Assembly: GCA_045589195.1 (NCBI GenBank)
Contig: JAZNFY010000003.1
Span: 13,254 to 77,253 of the forward strand
From: Faecousia sp.
Lineage (GTDB): Bacteria > Bacillota > Clostridia > Oscillospirales > Oscillospiraceae
Direction: 5' to 3'
Length of the DNA: 64,000 bases
Shown: piece by piece, positions 1 through 9,214 of the stretch
How the letters are laid out: every line of letters begins with the position of its first letter
Numbering within the stretch: the first letter of the stretch is position 1
The notes under the pieces: generated by a model
What the model was told of the DNA's origin: nothing
Database searches by the model: none
The model's input: only the letters and a program-made list of their open reading frames with translations
Made by a program: the position numbers and the translations under genes

Positions 1-137
1 TTCTTTCCGGGCTTGCCGTTTCGCATAACGCATCCCTCGTCCAGCAGCTTCTGCGCCGCAGAACGGGTCAGATTTTCAACGGTCCGGGCTAGAAATGCGT
101 CCAGCCGTTCACCGGAAAGGTCTGCGTATACCGTCAT
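1..137 (-). CDS. rluD: RluA/RluD-family pseudouridine synthase, N-terminal S4 domain (truncated by window edge)
   Basis: Manual translation MTVYADLSGERLDAFLARTVENLTRSAAQKLLDEGCV... has the S4 motif RLDxFL...SRS. Its ATG overlaps the lspA stop (ATGA), the classic lspA-rluD order. Confidence 0.85.
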   Translation of the reverse strand, partial: MTVYADLSGERLDAFLARTVENLTRSAAQKLLDEGCVMRNGKPGK

Positions 138-610
138 TTCTTTTCGTCCTTCCAAAAGCCTTTGTTAAAGAAAACCAAGGAGATCATCAGCGCGATGCAG
201 CCGCAGGTGATGAAGCTGTCCGCCACATTAAATACTGGAAAATCCATAAATTCCGTCTGGATCATATCCACCACATAGCCAAGCCGCACCCGGTCGATCA
301 TGTTGCCCAGGCCTCCGCCGTAAATAGCAGCGATACACCAGCGGTCAAACCGGGAAAAGGGCAGTGGCTTTTTGAAAAACTCCACCAAAAGCAGCCCGGT
401 GAGCACGATGAACAGAAGGGCAAACAGCCATTGCTGTCCTTCCAGCATGGAAAAAGCTGCGCCGGTATTCTGGACGTAGGTCAGCCGTACAATGCCGGGC
501 AGAAAAGGTACGTTGCCGTAAAGAGGAATATTTTCCACGGTCAGATATTTGGAAAACTGATCCAGCGCAGTAATGCCTACGGAAAACAGCGTCAGAAGAA
601 GTAGCTGCAT
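134..610 (-). CDS. lspA: Lipoprotein signal peptidase II
   Basis: Motifs DQFSK, NTGAAFS, GNMIDR, VVDMI, FNVADS; hydrophobic helices. Confidence 0.97.
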   Translation of the reverse strand: MQLLLLTLFSVGITALDQFSKYLTVENIPLYGNVPFLPGIVRLTYVQNTGAAFSMLEGQQWLFALLFIVLTGLLLVEFFKKPLPFSRFDRWCIAAIYGGGLGNMIDRVRLGYVVDMIQTEFMDFPVFNVADSFITCGCIALMISLVFFNKGFWKDEKK

Positions 611-649
611 AAATGTACCTCCCAGGGGGTGCAGTGAAACATTAAAAAT

Positions 650-678
650 ATGATATCATGGGCGGAAGATAATGTCAA
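650..678 (-). promoter_or_regulatory. Sigma-A promoter of lspA-rluD
   Basis: Minus strand TTGACA-17 nt-TATCAT with extended -10 TG. Confidence 0.65.
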
Positions 679-686
679 ACCTCCAT

Positions 687-718
687 AAAAAAACCGCCCC
701 GGGTGTTCCCGGGACGAT
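687..718 (-). terminator. Intrinsic terminator after HPr-like gene
   Basis: GC-rich stem (CCCGGG arms) followed by a T-run on the minus strand. Confidence 0.7.
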
Positions 719-734
719 GCTCAAAGAGCCCAAA

Positions 735-968
735 TTATACCAAAAAGTGGCTGACCTGCTGGCGGAAGTTCTGGAAACTGTCCTGATCACAGTCGCACAG
801 GACTTTCAGCGGGTGGGAAAAGTCCAGGCTTACCATGCCAATGAAGCCTTTGGCGTTGACAATCTGCCGGTCGTTGCCCACAAAAACCTCGAAGGGCTGC
901 ACTGTGGCCGTGGAAATAAATTCCCGAACTTCCCCAAAGGAGCGAATATTGATGTGAAATTCCTTCAT
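735..968 (-). CDS. Small HPr-fold protein (atypical)
   Basis: 77 aa from ATG 968 with AGGAGG RBS; IVNAKGFIGMVSLDFSHPL resembles the HPr (V)DAKSIxG..SLD segment. Confidence 0.75.
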   Translation of the reverse strand: MKEFHINIRSFGEVREFISTATVQPFEVFVGNDRQIVNAKGFIGMVSLDFSHPLKVLCDCDQDSFQNFRQQVSHFLV

Positions 969-1053
969 AAGTTGCCTCCTGATGCTATACAACGAAGAAA
1001 AAAACGTGTATAATAGAGCTAAAATGGGGAAGGTGTCCGAAACGAACAACCTT

Positions 1054-1082
1054 ATTATAAGGAAAATCCGGACAGTTTTCAA
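1054..1082 (-). promoter_or_regulatory. Sigma-A promoter of HPr-like gene
   Basis: Minus strand TTGAAA-17 nt-TATAAT. Confidence 0.65.
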
Positions 1083-1137
1083 TTGACAGGTTAGACGAAG
1101 TATACAAAAATGATCCTTGGAAATTGGTGAAGTTGTT

Positions 1138-2424
1138 ATGAAATTTGGTTTTTATACCCTGGGCTGTAAAACAAATCAATATGAGACCCAGGCTATGGAG
1201 CAGCTTTTGTTGTCTTTGGGGTATACGGTGGCCGATTTTCAGGAAGATTGCGATGGGTACATCATTAACACCTGTTCGGTCACCGCGGTGGCGGATAAAA
1301 AGAACCGGGCGGTGATCCGCCGCTGCCGCCGGGAGCACCCGGAGGCGGTGATCGGCGTGTGCGGCTGTTACAGTCAGCATGCGGCGGAGGCGGTGCGCCG
1401 GCTGGGCGTGGATGTTTTGGGCGGCAGCAACCGTCGGAAAGAATTTTTGGACAATATGATCCTTGCCGCGCAGGACGGAAAGTCCCGGGAGAATGTGGAC
1501 GAGCCGCTGCGGCGCCGGGAATTTGAAGTGCTGCCTGCCGGTGGGCTTCGGGAGCGGACGAGGGCTATGCTGAAAGTGCAGGACGGGTGTGTCAATTTCT
1601 GTTCCTACTGCATCATTCCTTATACCCGTGGGCCGGTGCGTTCAGCGCCCTTGGAATTGGCGGTGGAGCAGGCAAAGTCGCTTCAGGAAAAGGGCTACCG
1701 GGAGATTGTGATTACCGGCATTGAGATTACCTCCTGGGGCGTGGATTTGCCGGGAAAACCCGGCGTACAGACTTTGATTGCCGGCCTTTGCCGGGCGGTG
1801 CCGGGGCTGCGGGTGCGGCTGGGCAGCCTGGAACCCCGGGTCATTACGGAAGAGTTTTGCCGGGAGATGAGCAAGCATTCAAACTTGTGCCCCCAATTTC
1901 ATCTTTCCATGCAGTCCGGCTGCGATTCGGTGCTGAAAAGAATGAAAAGAAAGTATGATACCGCCCGGTACCTGGAAAGCGTGGAGCTTTTGCGGCGTTA
2001 TTTCCCCGGTTGCGCCATTACTACGGATATGATCGTGGCATTTCCCGGAGAGACGGAAGAAGAATTCAGGGAAAGCCTGGAATTTATTCAAAAATGTAAA
2101 TTTGCGGATATGCACATTTTCCCCTACTCCCGGCGGCCGGGCACTCCGGCGGATCAAATGCCCGGGCAGCACGATAACGCCACCAAGGAAAAACGCAGCA
2201 GGGAGGCCATGGCGGAGGCGGAGAAGATGCGAAAAGCATACTGTCAGGCTATGGTCGGCACCCGGCAGGAGGTGCTCTTTGAGGAGCAGGAGGGTGGGTA
2301 TTTTACCGGACATGCACCCAATTACGTGAAAGTGTATGCCCGGGGCGAGAACTTGCATAACCGGGTGTGCGCCGTTACCGTCACCGGAATATATGAGGAC
2401 GGCGTGATTGGAGAAGTTATGTAA
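1138..2424 (+). CDS. mtaB: tRNA t6A37 methylthiotransferase (radical SAM)
   Basis: TLGCKTNQYET, INTCSVT, KVQDGCVNFCSYCIIP (CxxxCxxC), C-terminal TRAM-like region. Confidence 0.93.
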   Translation: MKFGFYTLGCKTNQYETQAMEQLLLSLGYTVADFQEDCDGYIINTCSVTAVADKKNRAVIRRCRREHPEAVIGVCGCYSQHAAEAVRRLGVDVLGGSNRRKEFLDNMILAAQDGKSRENVDEPLRRREFEVLPAGGLRERTRAMLKVQDGCVNFCSYCIIPYTRGPVRSAPLELAVEQAKSLQEKGYREIVITGIEITSWGVDLPGKPGVQTLIAGLCRAVPGLRVRLGSLEPRVITEEFCREMSKHSNLCPQFHLSMQSGCDSVLKRMKRKYDTARYLESVELLRRYFPGCAITTDMIVAFPGETEEEFRESLEFIQKCKFADMHIFPYSRRPGTPADQMPGQHDNATKEKRSREAMAEAEKMRKAYCQAMVGTRQEVLFEEQEGGYFTGHAPNYVKVYARGENLHNRVCAVTVTGIYEDGVIGEVM

Positions 2425-2471
2425 ACCTGTGGATTGTGAGATCATGCAGGTTAACGATTTTGGAGGCAATT

Positions 2472-3017
2472 ATGAAGACACTTTTGCATATTTGCTGCGC
2501 TCCTTGCGCCAATCAGTGCATTGAGGTGCTGCAAAAGGACAAATATGAGGTAACCGGGTATTGGTTTAACCCCAATATCCACCCCTTTACCGAGTATCGG
2601 GCCCGGCGAAACTGCGTCCGGGAGTATACCGCCGCTATTGGCCTGCCCTTGCTGGAACGGGACGATTACGGTTTGCGCCCATTTGTCCGGGCCGTGGCGG
2701 AGGATATTGAAAACCGGTGCGTGAAGTGTTATGAAATGCGGCTGTTTGAAACTGCCCGGACAGCGGCAGAAGGTGGGTTTGACAGTTTTACCTCGTCATT
2801 ATTCATCAGTCCCTACCAGAACCATGAGCTGATGCGCCAGGTAGCGGAACGGGCGGCTAAGGAATACGGCGTAGAATTTTTGTATCGGGATTTCCGCCCT
2901 TATTTTCGGGCGGGGCAGGACCGGGCGAGAGAGCTCCAAATGTACATGCAAAAATACTGCGGCTGCGTATTTTCCGAGCAGGAGCGATACTTAAAACCCT
3001 CGAAGATTATTCCTTGA
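2472..3017 (+). CDS. queH: Epoxyqueuosine reductase (DUF208)
   Basis: LLHICCAPC, NPNIHP, RCxxCY, QKYCGC motifs; GGAGG RBS before ATG 2472. Confidence 0.92.
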   Translation: MKTLLHICCAPCANQCIEVLQKDKYEVTGYWFNPNIHPFTEYRARRNCVREYTAAIGLPLLERDDYGLRPFVRAVAEDIENRCVKCYEMRLFETARTAAEGGFDSFTSSLFISPYQNHELMRQVAERAAKEYGVEFLYRDFRPYFRAGQDRARELQMYMQKYCGCVFSEQERYLKPSKIIP

Positions 3018-3031
3018 ATTGAGGAGAAGTT

Positions 3032-4162
3032 ATGACTGAAATGCAATTTGCTGCTCCCTGCCTCTTTGGTTTGGAGAGCATCGCCGGCGATGAGCTGCGC
3101 CGGCTGAATGTGGAAAATGTCCGGGTGGAGGACCGTCGGGTGCTTTTTACCGGTGATCTCAACACCTTGGCTAAGGCCAATATCTGCTTGCGTACCGGGG
3201 AGCGGATTCATATCGTGCTTGCTCAGTTTGAGGCCAGGACTTTTGAAGAATTGTTCCAAGGGGTGTACCAGGCAAATTTGGAGGATTTCATTCCTAAGGA
3301 CGGCCAGTTTCCTGTTAAAGGCAAGTGTCTGGATAGCCAGCTTATGAGTGAGTCTGACTGCCAGGCCATCGTCAAAAAAGCTGCGTCCCGCCGTTTGGGC
3401 GAAAAATACGGTGTTAGCTGGCTGCCGGAGACCGGTGCAAAATATCAGCTGCAATTTCTGATTCTGAAAAACCAGGTGAGTCTTTATCTGGACACTTCCG
3501 GCGCGGGCCTGCATAAGCGGGGCTACCGTGCGGTGGGTAACGATGCGCCTCTGCGGGAGACTTTGGCGGCGGCCATGGTCATACTTGCCCGTTACCGGGG
3601 CAGAGAGTTTTTGTGGGATCCGTTCTGCGGTTCGGGCACGATCCCCATTGAGGCTGCGCTGATTGCAAAAAACCGGGCGCCGGGATTAAACCGGAGATTT
3701 GCGGCGGAGCAGTTTGCTTGGAGCGATGAAAACGCATGGCGCAACGCCCGGGCAGAAGCCATGGATCGGGAATTTAAGGGGAATTACCGAATTTTGGGTT
3801 CGGATAACGACCCGAAGTGTGTGTCTCTTGCCATGGCCAATGCCAAAAAGGCAGGTGTGAGCGGCGTCATCGAATTCCGGGATGGAGATGCGACCAAAAT
3901 GAGCCTGCCCGCACCGGAGGGCATTATCGTCTGCAATCCCCCCTACGGACAGAGAATGATGGAACTGCAAAGCGCCCAGCGGCTGTACAGCGCCATGGGA
4001 CGCCATTGGAAATATGCCGACGGGTGGAAGGAATATATCATCACCTCCGAGCCCGAGTTTGAGCATTATTTTGGACGCCGGGCGGACAAAAAGCGGAAGT
4101 TATATAACGGCATGATCAAGTGCGACTGTTATATGTATACGGACACAGGCAGAACAAAATAG
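3032..4162 (+). CDS. THUMP-domain 23S rRNA guanine methyltransferase (RlmL/YpsC-like)
   Basis: LHKRGYR, APLRETLAAA, DPFCGSGTIPIEAA, NPPYG. Confidence 0.92.
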   Translation: MTEMQFAAPCLFGLESIAGDELRRLNVENVRVEDRRVLFTGDLNTLAKANICLRTGERIHIVLAQFEARTFEELFQGVYQANLEDFIPKDGQFPVKGKCLDSQLMSESDCQAIVKKAASRRLGEKYGVSWLPETGAKYQLQFLILKNQVSLYLDTSGAGLHKRGYRAVGNDAPLRETLAAAMVILARYRGREFLWDPFCGSGTIPIEAALIAKNRAPGLNRRFAAEQFAWSDENAWRNARAEAMDREFKGNYRILGSDNDPKCVSLAMANAKKAGVSGVIEFRDGDATKMSLPAPEGIIVCNPPYGQRMMELQSAQRLYSAMGRHWKYADGWKEYIITSEPEFEHYFGRRADKKRKLYNGMIKCDCYMYTDTGRTK

Positions 4163-4172
4163 GGGAAAAGTT

Positions 4173-5099
4173 ATGAAGCATCTTTTTATCATCAATCCTG
4201 CGGCGGGAGATCACGACCGCACGGAAGAATATACCAAGGTCATTGACCGGGTGTGCAGGGAGCAGGAGCTTGACTATCGGATTGAAGTTTCCCAAGCCCC
4301 CGGCGAGTGCAGCCGGCTGGCACGGGAAGCCGCCCAGACCGGGGAAGCGTATCGGATCTATGCCTGCGGCGGCGACGGCACGCTTAACGAAGTGGTGGCA
4401 GGCGCAGTGGGTTACCCCAATGTGGCGGTGTCAGTATTTTCCGGCGGCAGCGGCAACGATTTCGTGAAACTGTTTGATGATCCCAAAGCGTTTTTCGATT
4501 TGGAGCGATTGATCCACGCCCGGGAGATGGAAATGGATCTGATCAGCTGCAATGATGACATATCCCTGAACATTTGCTCCGTGGGCCTGGATGCCAGAAT
4601 CGGCACGGATGTGGCCGGCTACAAGCGGCTGCCGCTGCTTCACGGATTCAGGGCTTATGTGGCGTCGACCCTCATCAATGTGATCAAGGGCATCAGCGAG
4701 CATTACGTAGTGGAGATCTGCGGCGAGCGGATCGACCGGCGGCTGACCATGATCTGCGTGTGCAACGGTCAGTATTACGGCGGCGGATTTCATCCGGTAC
4801 CTCAGGCAGACCCCACCGATGGGTTGCTGGATGTGCTGCTGGTGGAGCATGTGTCCCGGTTGCAGGTGCCCTCTGTGGTGGGCAAGTATAAGGACGGGAA
4901 GTATGCGCAGCTGCCCAAATTGGTGCGTCATTTCCGCACCGATTCTTTGCGGATTATTTGCGATAAGCCGACCCCCATCAGCCTCGATGGTGAGCTTCGC
5001 ATGGCCCAGACGGTGGATATCTCTCTGGCAAAGGAAAAAATACGGTTCTTCTATCCGGAGGGCCTGAATTTGGTGATGAAAGAACCGGCGGCGGTTTAA
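4173..5099 (+). CDS. Diacylglycerol/lipid kinase family protein (YegS/BmrU-like)
   Basis: IINPAAG, GGDGTLNEV, GSGNDF, NGQYYGGG, DGLLDV, DGE. Confidence 0.92.
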   Translation: MKHLFIINPAAGDHDRTEEYTKVIDRVCREQELDYRIEVSQAPGECSRLAREAAQTGEAYRIYACGGDGTLNEVVAGAVGYPNVAVSVFSGGSGNDFVKLFDDPKAFFDLERLIHAREMEMDLISCNDDISLNICSVGLDARIGTDVAGYKRLPLLHGFRAYVASTLINVIKGISEHYVVEICGERIDRRLTMICVCNGQYYGGGFHPVPQADPTDGLLDVLLVEHVSRLQVPSVVGKYKDGKYAQLPKLVRHFRTDSLRIICDKPTPISLDGELRMAQTVDISLAKEKIRFFYPEGLNLVMKEPAAV

Positions 5100-5114
5100 C
5101 AAGGAGTGTACGCG

Positions 5115-5528
5115 GTGGAAAATTATTTTCAGCCTGATATGAACAAGCGGCAGATCGACGCGATTTCCAACCTGGGCCTTGCCCATATTGGGGATGGAGT
5201 CTATGAGCTGATGTGCCGGAGCTACCTGTGTATGCAGGGCGACCAGACGGTGAAAACGCTGCACCGGGATGCGGTGGCGCTGGTGAAAGCGCCAACTCAG
5301 GCGAAGTTTGCGGAAAAGCTGCTGCCGCTATTGACGGAAGAGGAGCTTTCATATTACCGCCGGGGAAAAAACGCCCATTCCCATGCCGCGCCCAAGTCGG
5401 CCACGCCCCGGGAATATGCCATGGCCACCGGGTTGGAAACACTGTTTGGCGCGCTGTATTTGGCGGGAAATATTTCCCGGCTGAATGAGCTATTCGGTAT
5501 GTTAATGGAGGAAGAAAATGGCATTTGA
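5115..5528 (+). CDS. mrnC: Mini-ribonuclease III
   Basis: LAHIGDGVYEL, RRGKNA, ATGLETLFGALY; no dsRBD; GTG start chosen after the AAGGAG RBS. Confidence 0.92.
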   Translation: MENYFQPDMNKRQIDAISNLGLAHIGDGVYELMCRSYLCMQGDQTVKTLHRDAVALVKAPTQAKFAEKLLPLLTEEELSYYRRGKNAHSHAAPKSATPREYAMATGLETLFGALYLAGNISRLNELFGMLMEEENGI

Positions 5529-7263
5529 TGCGTTTTATCTTTCCTGTGTGTTAAAGGAGATCCGGGCGCTGCCGGAGCCACGGGTGGAGAAGATTCACCA
5601 GTGCACCCGGGATACGTTGATCTTTCACCTGCGGCATAGAGAGGGCAGAGTCAAGCTGCTCATCGGAGCAAATCCCGCGGCGCCCCGGCTGCATCTGACC
5701 CAGGCGAATCCGGACAATCCACCGGAGCCGCCCATGTTCTGTATGCTTTTGCGAAAGCATTTGTCCGGCGGTCGGCTGATTGGGATTTCCCAGCCGGAGA
5801 TGGAGCGCTGCGCGCAATTTACGTTCAGCTGCACCGATGAAATGGGCGATTTGGTGGAAAAGCGTCTTGTGGTGGAGCTGATGGGCAGAACCTGCAATGT
5901 GTACCTGCTTTCACCCGAGGGGCGGATCATCGACTGCCTGCGCCGGGTGGGGCTGGATGAAGGAAAGCGGCCGGCGCTGCCGGGCATGTACTACCAGGAT
6001 CCGGAGCCGGTGGGGAAGAAAAACCCACGGGATATGGATAAAGAAAGTTATGTAAACCTACTTGAAGCACCCGGCGCAGATCTTTTGGCCGATCGGCTGA
6101 TGGATTCGGTGGGAGGACTGTCCCTATTGGTTTGTCGAGAGGCGGCGCTTTTTGCCGCCGGGAGCACCGATGCCCGTTTGAACGGCGTGGAAATTGCGCC
6201 TTTGGCGGAGAAATTGGCAGAATTTTTCCGAAAATGCACGGAAAATCCCGGGCCGTTTTATTGCACAAATGCCTCCGGAACGGTGCAACAATATGCATTT
6301 TGCCCCATTTTAGAGTACGGAGGTTGCACACAGGCGAGGTCATTCAGCGAGCTTCTGGATATGTGTTATACAGTAAAGGATCGGCAGGATGCCATTCGCC
6401 AAAAGGGGCAGGTTATTCGAAAAACAGTGCAGAATCTGTGCACCCGGCTGACCAAAAAGCTGGCCATCCAGGAAAAGGAGCTTTCTGCTACCTATGACCG
6501 GGAGCGGCTGCGCCAGTTGGGCGATATCGTCACCGCCAATATTCATCGGATCCAGCGGGGTCAGCGGATGCTGGCGGCGGAGGATTTTTACGATGAGCAA
6601 ATGCCGGTGATCGAAATTCCGCTGTCACCACTGCTGTCACCGCAGCAGAATGCGGCGAAATTTTATAAGGATTACGCCCGTATGAAGAATGCGGAAAAGG
6701 AATTGACCCGTCAGATCGCCCTGGGCCAGGAGGAGAAGAGTTATCTTCAAAGCGTTTTGGAGGAACTGGATCGGGCTGATTCGGAAACGGCGCTGGAAGA
6801 GATTCGGCAGGAGCTGCAAGCCGGGGGCTATATGAAGGCGGATGCGCTCCGGCGAAAAATGAAGGTTTCCCGGCAGCCGCCCATGCGGTTTATGACCACC
6901 GACGGATTTTCTGTTTATGTAGGTCGCAACAACCGGCAGAATGAGGAGCTGACCTTCAAAATGGCCCGGAAGGACGATTTGTGGCTGCATGCGTCCAAGG
7001 CTCACGGCAGCCATGTGATCATCGCTTGCGCCGGGCAGCCGGTGCCCGATGATACGGTGACCCAGGCGGCGCAGCTGGCGGCCTATTACGCCCAGACAGC
7101 GGACGGACAAAATGTTCCTGTGGATGTGATGCCGGTCAAGCAGGTAAAAAAACACCCCTCCGGAAAGCCGGGGATGGTGATTTATCACAGCTACCGTACT
7201 GTGGTGGTGAATCCGTATCAGGATATTGTGGTAGATGAATTGAACGCAGAGAAAAAAGCGTGA
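5518..7263 (+). CDS. rqcH: Ribosome quality-control factor RqcH/Rqc2 (NFACT, 'FbpA')
   Basis: MAFDA, PPMFCMLLRKHL, ELMGR, coiled coil, VGRNNRQNEELT, WLHA...GSHV. Confidence 0.95.
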   Translation: MAFDAFYLSCVLKEIRALPEPRVEKIHQCTRDTLIFHLRHREGRVKLLIGANPAAPRLHLTQANPDNPPEPPMFCMLLRKHLSGGRLIGISQPEMERCAQFTFSCTDEMGDLVEKRLVVELMGRTCNVYLLSPEGRIIDCLRRVGLDEGKRPALPGMYYQDPEPVGKKNPRDMDKESYVNLLEAPGADLLADRLMDSVGGLSLLVCREAALFAAGSTDARLNGVEIAPLAEKLAEFFRKCTENPGPFYCTNASGTVQQYAFCPILEYGGCTQARSFSELLDMCYTVKDRQDAIRQKGQVIRKTVQNLCTRLTKKLAIQEKELSATYDRERLRQLGDIVTANIHRIQRGQRMLAAEDFYDEQMPVIEIPLSPLLSPQQNAAKFYKDYARMKNAEKELTRQIALGQEEKSYLQSVLEELDRADSETALEEIRQELQAGGYMKADALRRKMKVSRQPPMRFMTTDGFSVYVGRNNRQNEELTFKMARKDDLWLHASKAHGSHVIIACAGQPVPDDTVTQAAQLAAYYAQTADGQNVPVDVMPVKQVKKHPSGKPGMVIYHSYRTVVVNPYQDIVVDELNAEKKA

Positions 7264-7285
7264 TGCAATTTGCATCACGCTTTTT
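7252..7285. terminator. Bidirectional terminator rqcH / DUF2207
   Basis: AAAAAAGCGTGATGCA-ATT-TGCATCACGCTTTTT between convergent genes. Confidence 0.85.
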
Positions 7286-8963
7286 ACTTTCCTAATAAAT
7301 ATTCCCAAAGGGGCTTTTTCTGAGGTTCGTCCAGCGCGGCAATGGTGGAGCGCAGCAGCAGATTCCACTCCTGGGCAGTCAGGTGACCGTCCATGCCGGT
7401 GGTTAAATAGGTACAGGGGGGCAACTTTCGGTTGCCCATTTGCCTGGCAAGTACCTTGTCCACACCCAGAGCCAATGCATAAGGGGCAATATTATAATAG
7501 TATTCCGGGTTGGTGCGCAGGGTATTGTACAGCGACTCCCGGGAAACGGAAGTAATATGCCGCCGAAGCCCCAGAATGCTGCTCAGAAGCTCTTTGCCGT
7601 TTTCGCTGCGCCGGCCGCCGTAAGCAGCAGCCAGGCCGCCCAGCCATTGGCACAAAAGCAGTACAGTACCCATATTCAGCTCCGATGCAAGAATGCTCAG
7701 CAGCAGTAAAAATGCGGTGTAGGCCAGCGCCAGATACAGTCGTTTTTTCTGCCGCAGGTGAATCAGCGCCGCACCGGTCTGGATCTGCCAGCAAAGGAAT
7801 GCGCAAAGGGGAACCAGGGGAATTCCCAAAAGGATCTGCCAGATGGTATCTGCTGCAAAGGAAACGGTAAGGCAGATGCCGCCAAAAAAGCCCATGGCAG
7901 CACACAGAATGCGGAAGATCTGGGGGTTGCCGGAACGGGGCAGGTAGTAAGACCGGACACCCGGGTGATTGTGTGACGTTTTTTCGGCGATTCGGGTAAA
8001 GTGATAACCGGTGGCGTCGATGGTTTTGCGCCTGCCGAACAGCGCCTGGAAGGTGCGGATCTCAAAATCGCTTCGCTCGTTGCCCATCTCCATATTTCGG
8101 TGCAGTAAGACCCGGCCGTTGTCGTCCGGTTGGATCAGTAGGTAGCCCATTTGCGCCCAGGAGAGGATCATCATGGAAAAGTCCACACCTTGGGCGGTGA
8201 GGCAGCAGCCAAGCTCGCCGGCGGTGATGCCGTGGGGAACGTCCGTCTGGCGTACCCGGCGGGGGGGCAGGCAGCGCATAGTCAGCAGCCAATAAACAAG
8301 CGCCAGAAGAGCGCAGGCATACATAGCAAGATCGTCGGTACTAAGGCTCCACCGCTTGGAAATGGGCTGGGGGAACTGTTTGTCGGATACACCGATGGTC
8401 ATGGCCAGCGATTCATGGTCTTTCAGCCGACTGGTAAAAGCGCAGTGAAGGGTAGCACCGTCAATGCGATAGTCCATGATGGAATCCACCGCTTCCTGGT
8501 GATAGGTGCTGGTAAATTCCGGAATGCTTTCGATCGGCCCGGGGAACTGAACGGAAAAACTCATATTCTCGATGGGGTAAGCAAAACCGCTGAGCAGATG
8601 CAGCGTAAATAAAAGTTTTCCGTTTTTTTCCAGGGTGACGGCATCGGGAAGTTCGTAATTTAAAAGAAGGGTATAGCTGCCCGGAGCACGGATTGTGCCG
8701 CTCAGGTCTACATTTCGGACATTGCCGGAAGCATTGGCCCGGACACGGCTGCCGTTTAAGGTGATATTTCTTGCCTCGGCAGGCAGAGGGAAGGTCAGCT
8801 TACCGGGGACTTCTTCAATTTGCAGCTGCACAGTGAGCAGCACCTGAGAAGTGCCGTCGGAGTAAACGGTGGTGGCGCTTTGCAGTTCAGGAACAGTACT
8901 GGCGGCAGAAACGGCTGTAATAAGCATAAGACAGCACAGGATCGCAAGAAATGCCCGGCGCAT
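7284..8963 (-). CDS. DUF2207-like membrane protein
   Basis: Signal peptide, extracellular beta-rich domain, multiple TM helices, C-terminal GLRRHI...PYALALGV; start at ATG 8963 after AGGAGG. Confidence 0.72.
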   Translation of the reverse strand: MRRAFLAILCCLMLITAVSAASTVPELQSATTVYSDGTSQVLLTVQLQIEEVPGKLTFPLPAEARNITLNGSRVRANASGNVRNVDLSGTIRAPGSYTLLLNYELPDAVTLEKNGKLLFTLHLLSGFAYPIENMSFSVQFPGPIESIPEFTSTYHQEAVDSIMDYRIDGATLHCAFTSRLKDHESLAMTIGVSDKQFPQPISKRWSLSTDDLAMYACALLALVYWLLTMRCLPPRRVRQTDVPHGITAGELGCCLTAQGVDFSMMILSWAQMGYLLIQPDDNGRVLLHRNMEMGNERSDFEIRTFQALFGRRKTIDATGYHFTRIAEKTSHNHPGVRSYYLPRSGNPQIFRILCAAMGFFGGICLTVSFAADTIWQILLGIPLVPLCAFLCWQIQTGAALIHLRQKKRLYLALAYTAFLLLLSILASELNMGTVLLLCQWLGGLAAAYGGRRSENGKELLSSILGLRRHITSVSRESLYNTLRTNPEYYYNIAPYALALGVDKVLARQMGNRKLPPCTYLTTGMDGHLTAQEWNLLLRSTIAALDEPQKKPLWEYLLGK

Positions 8964-9119
8964 GACGGCACCTCCTTTCGAGCATTGGATTACAGCTATT
9001 TTATCACGGCAGAGGGGAAAATGCAATCGGGTTCTTTGCAGGAAAAAGGCTGGCAGCAAAAACAACCGGAAAGAAAACCCGGCAAAGCAGGGGGATTTTC
9101 CTTCAAAAACTGAAAAAGA

Positions 9120-9148
9120 TTGAAAAGTTCAGAAAAATATAGTAGAAT
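9120..9148 (+). promoter_or_regulatory. Sigma-A promoter of OppA-like gene
   Basis: TTGAAA-17 nt-TAGAAT. Confidence 0.6.
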
Positions 9149-9214
9149 GGTTAAAAGTTAAATAAAAACCGTTGTTTTTAGCTGTCCCCGGACAGAGAAA
9201 AAATGGAGGAAAAA

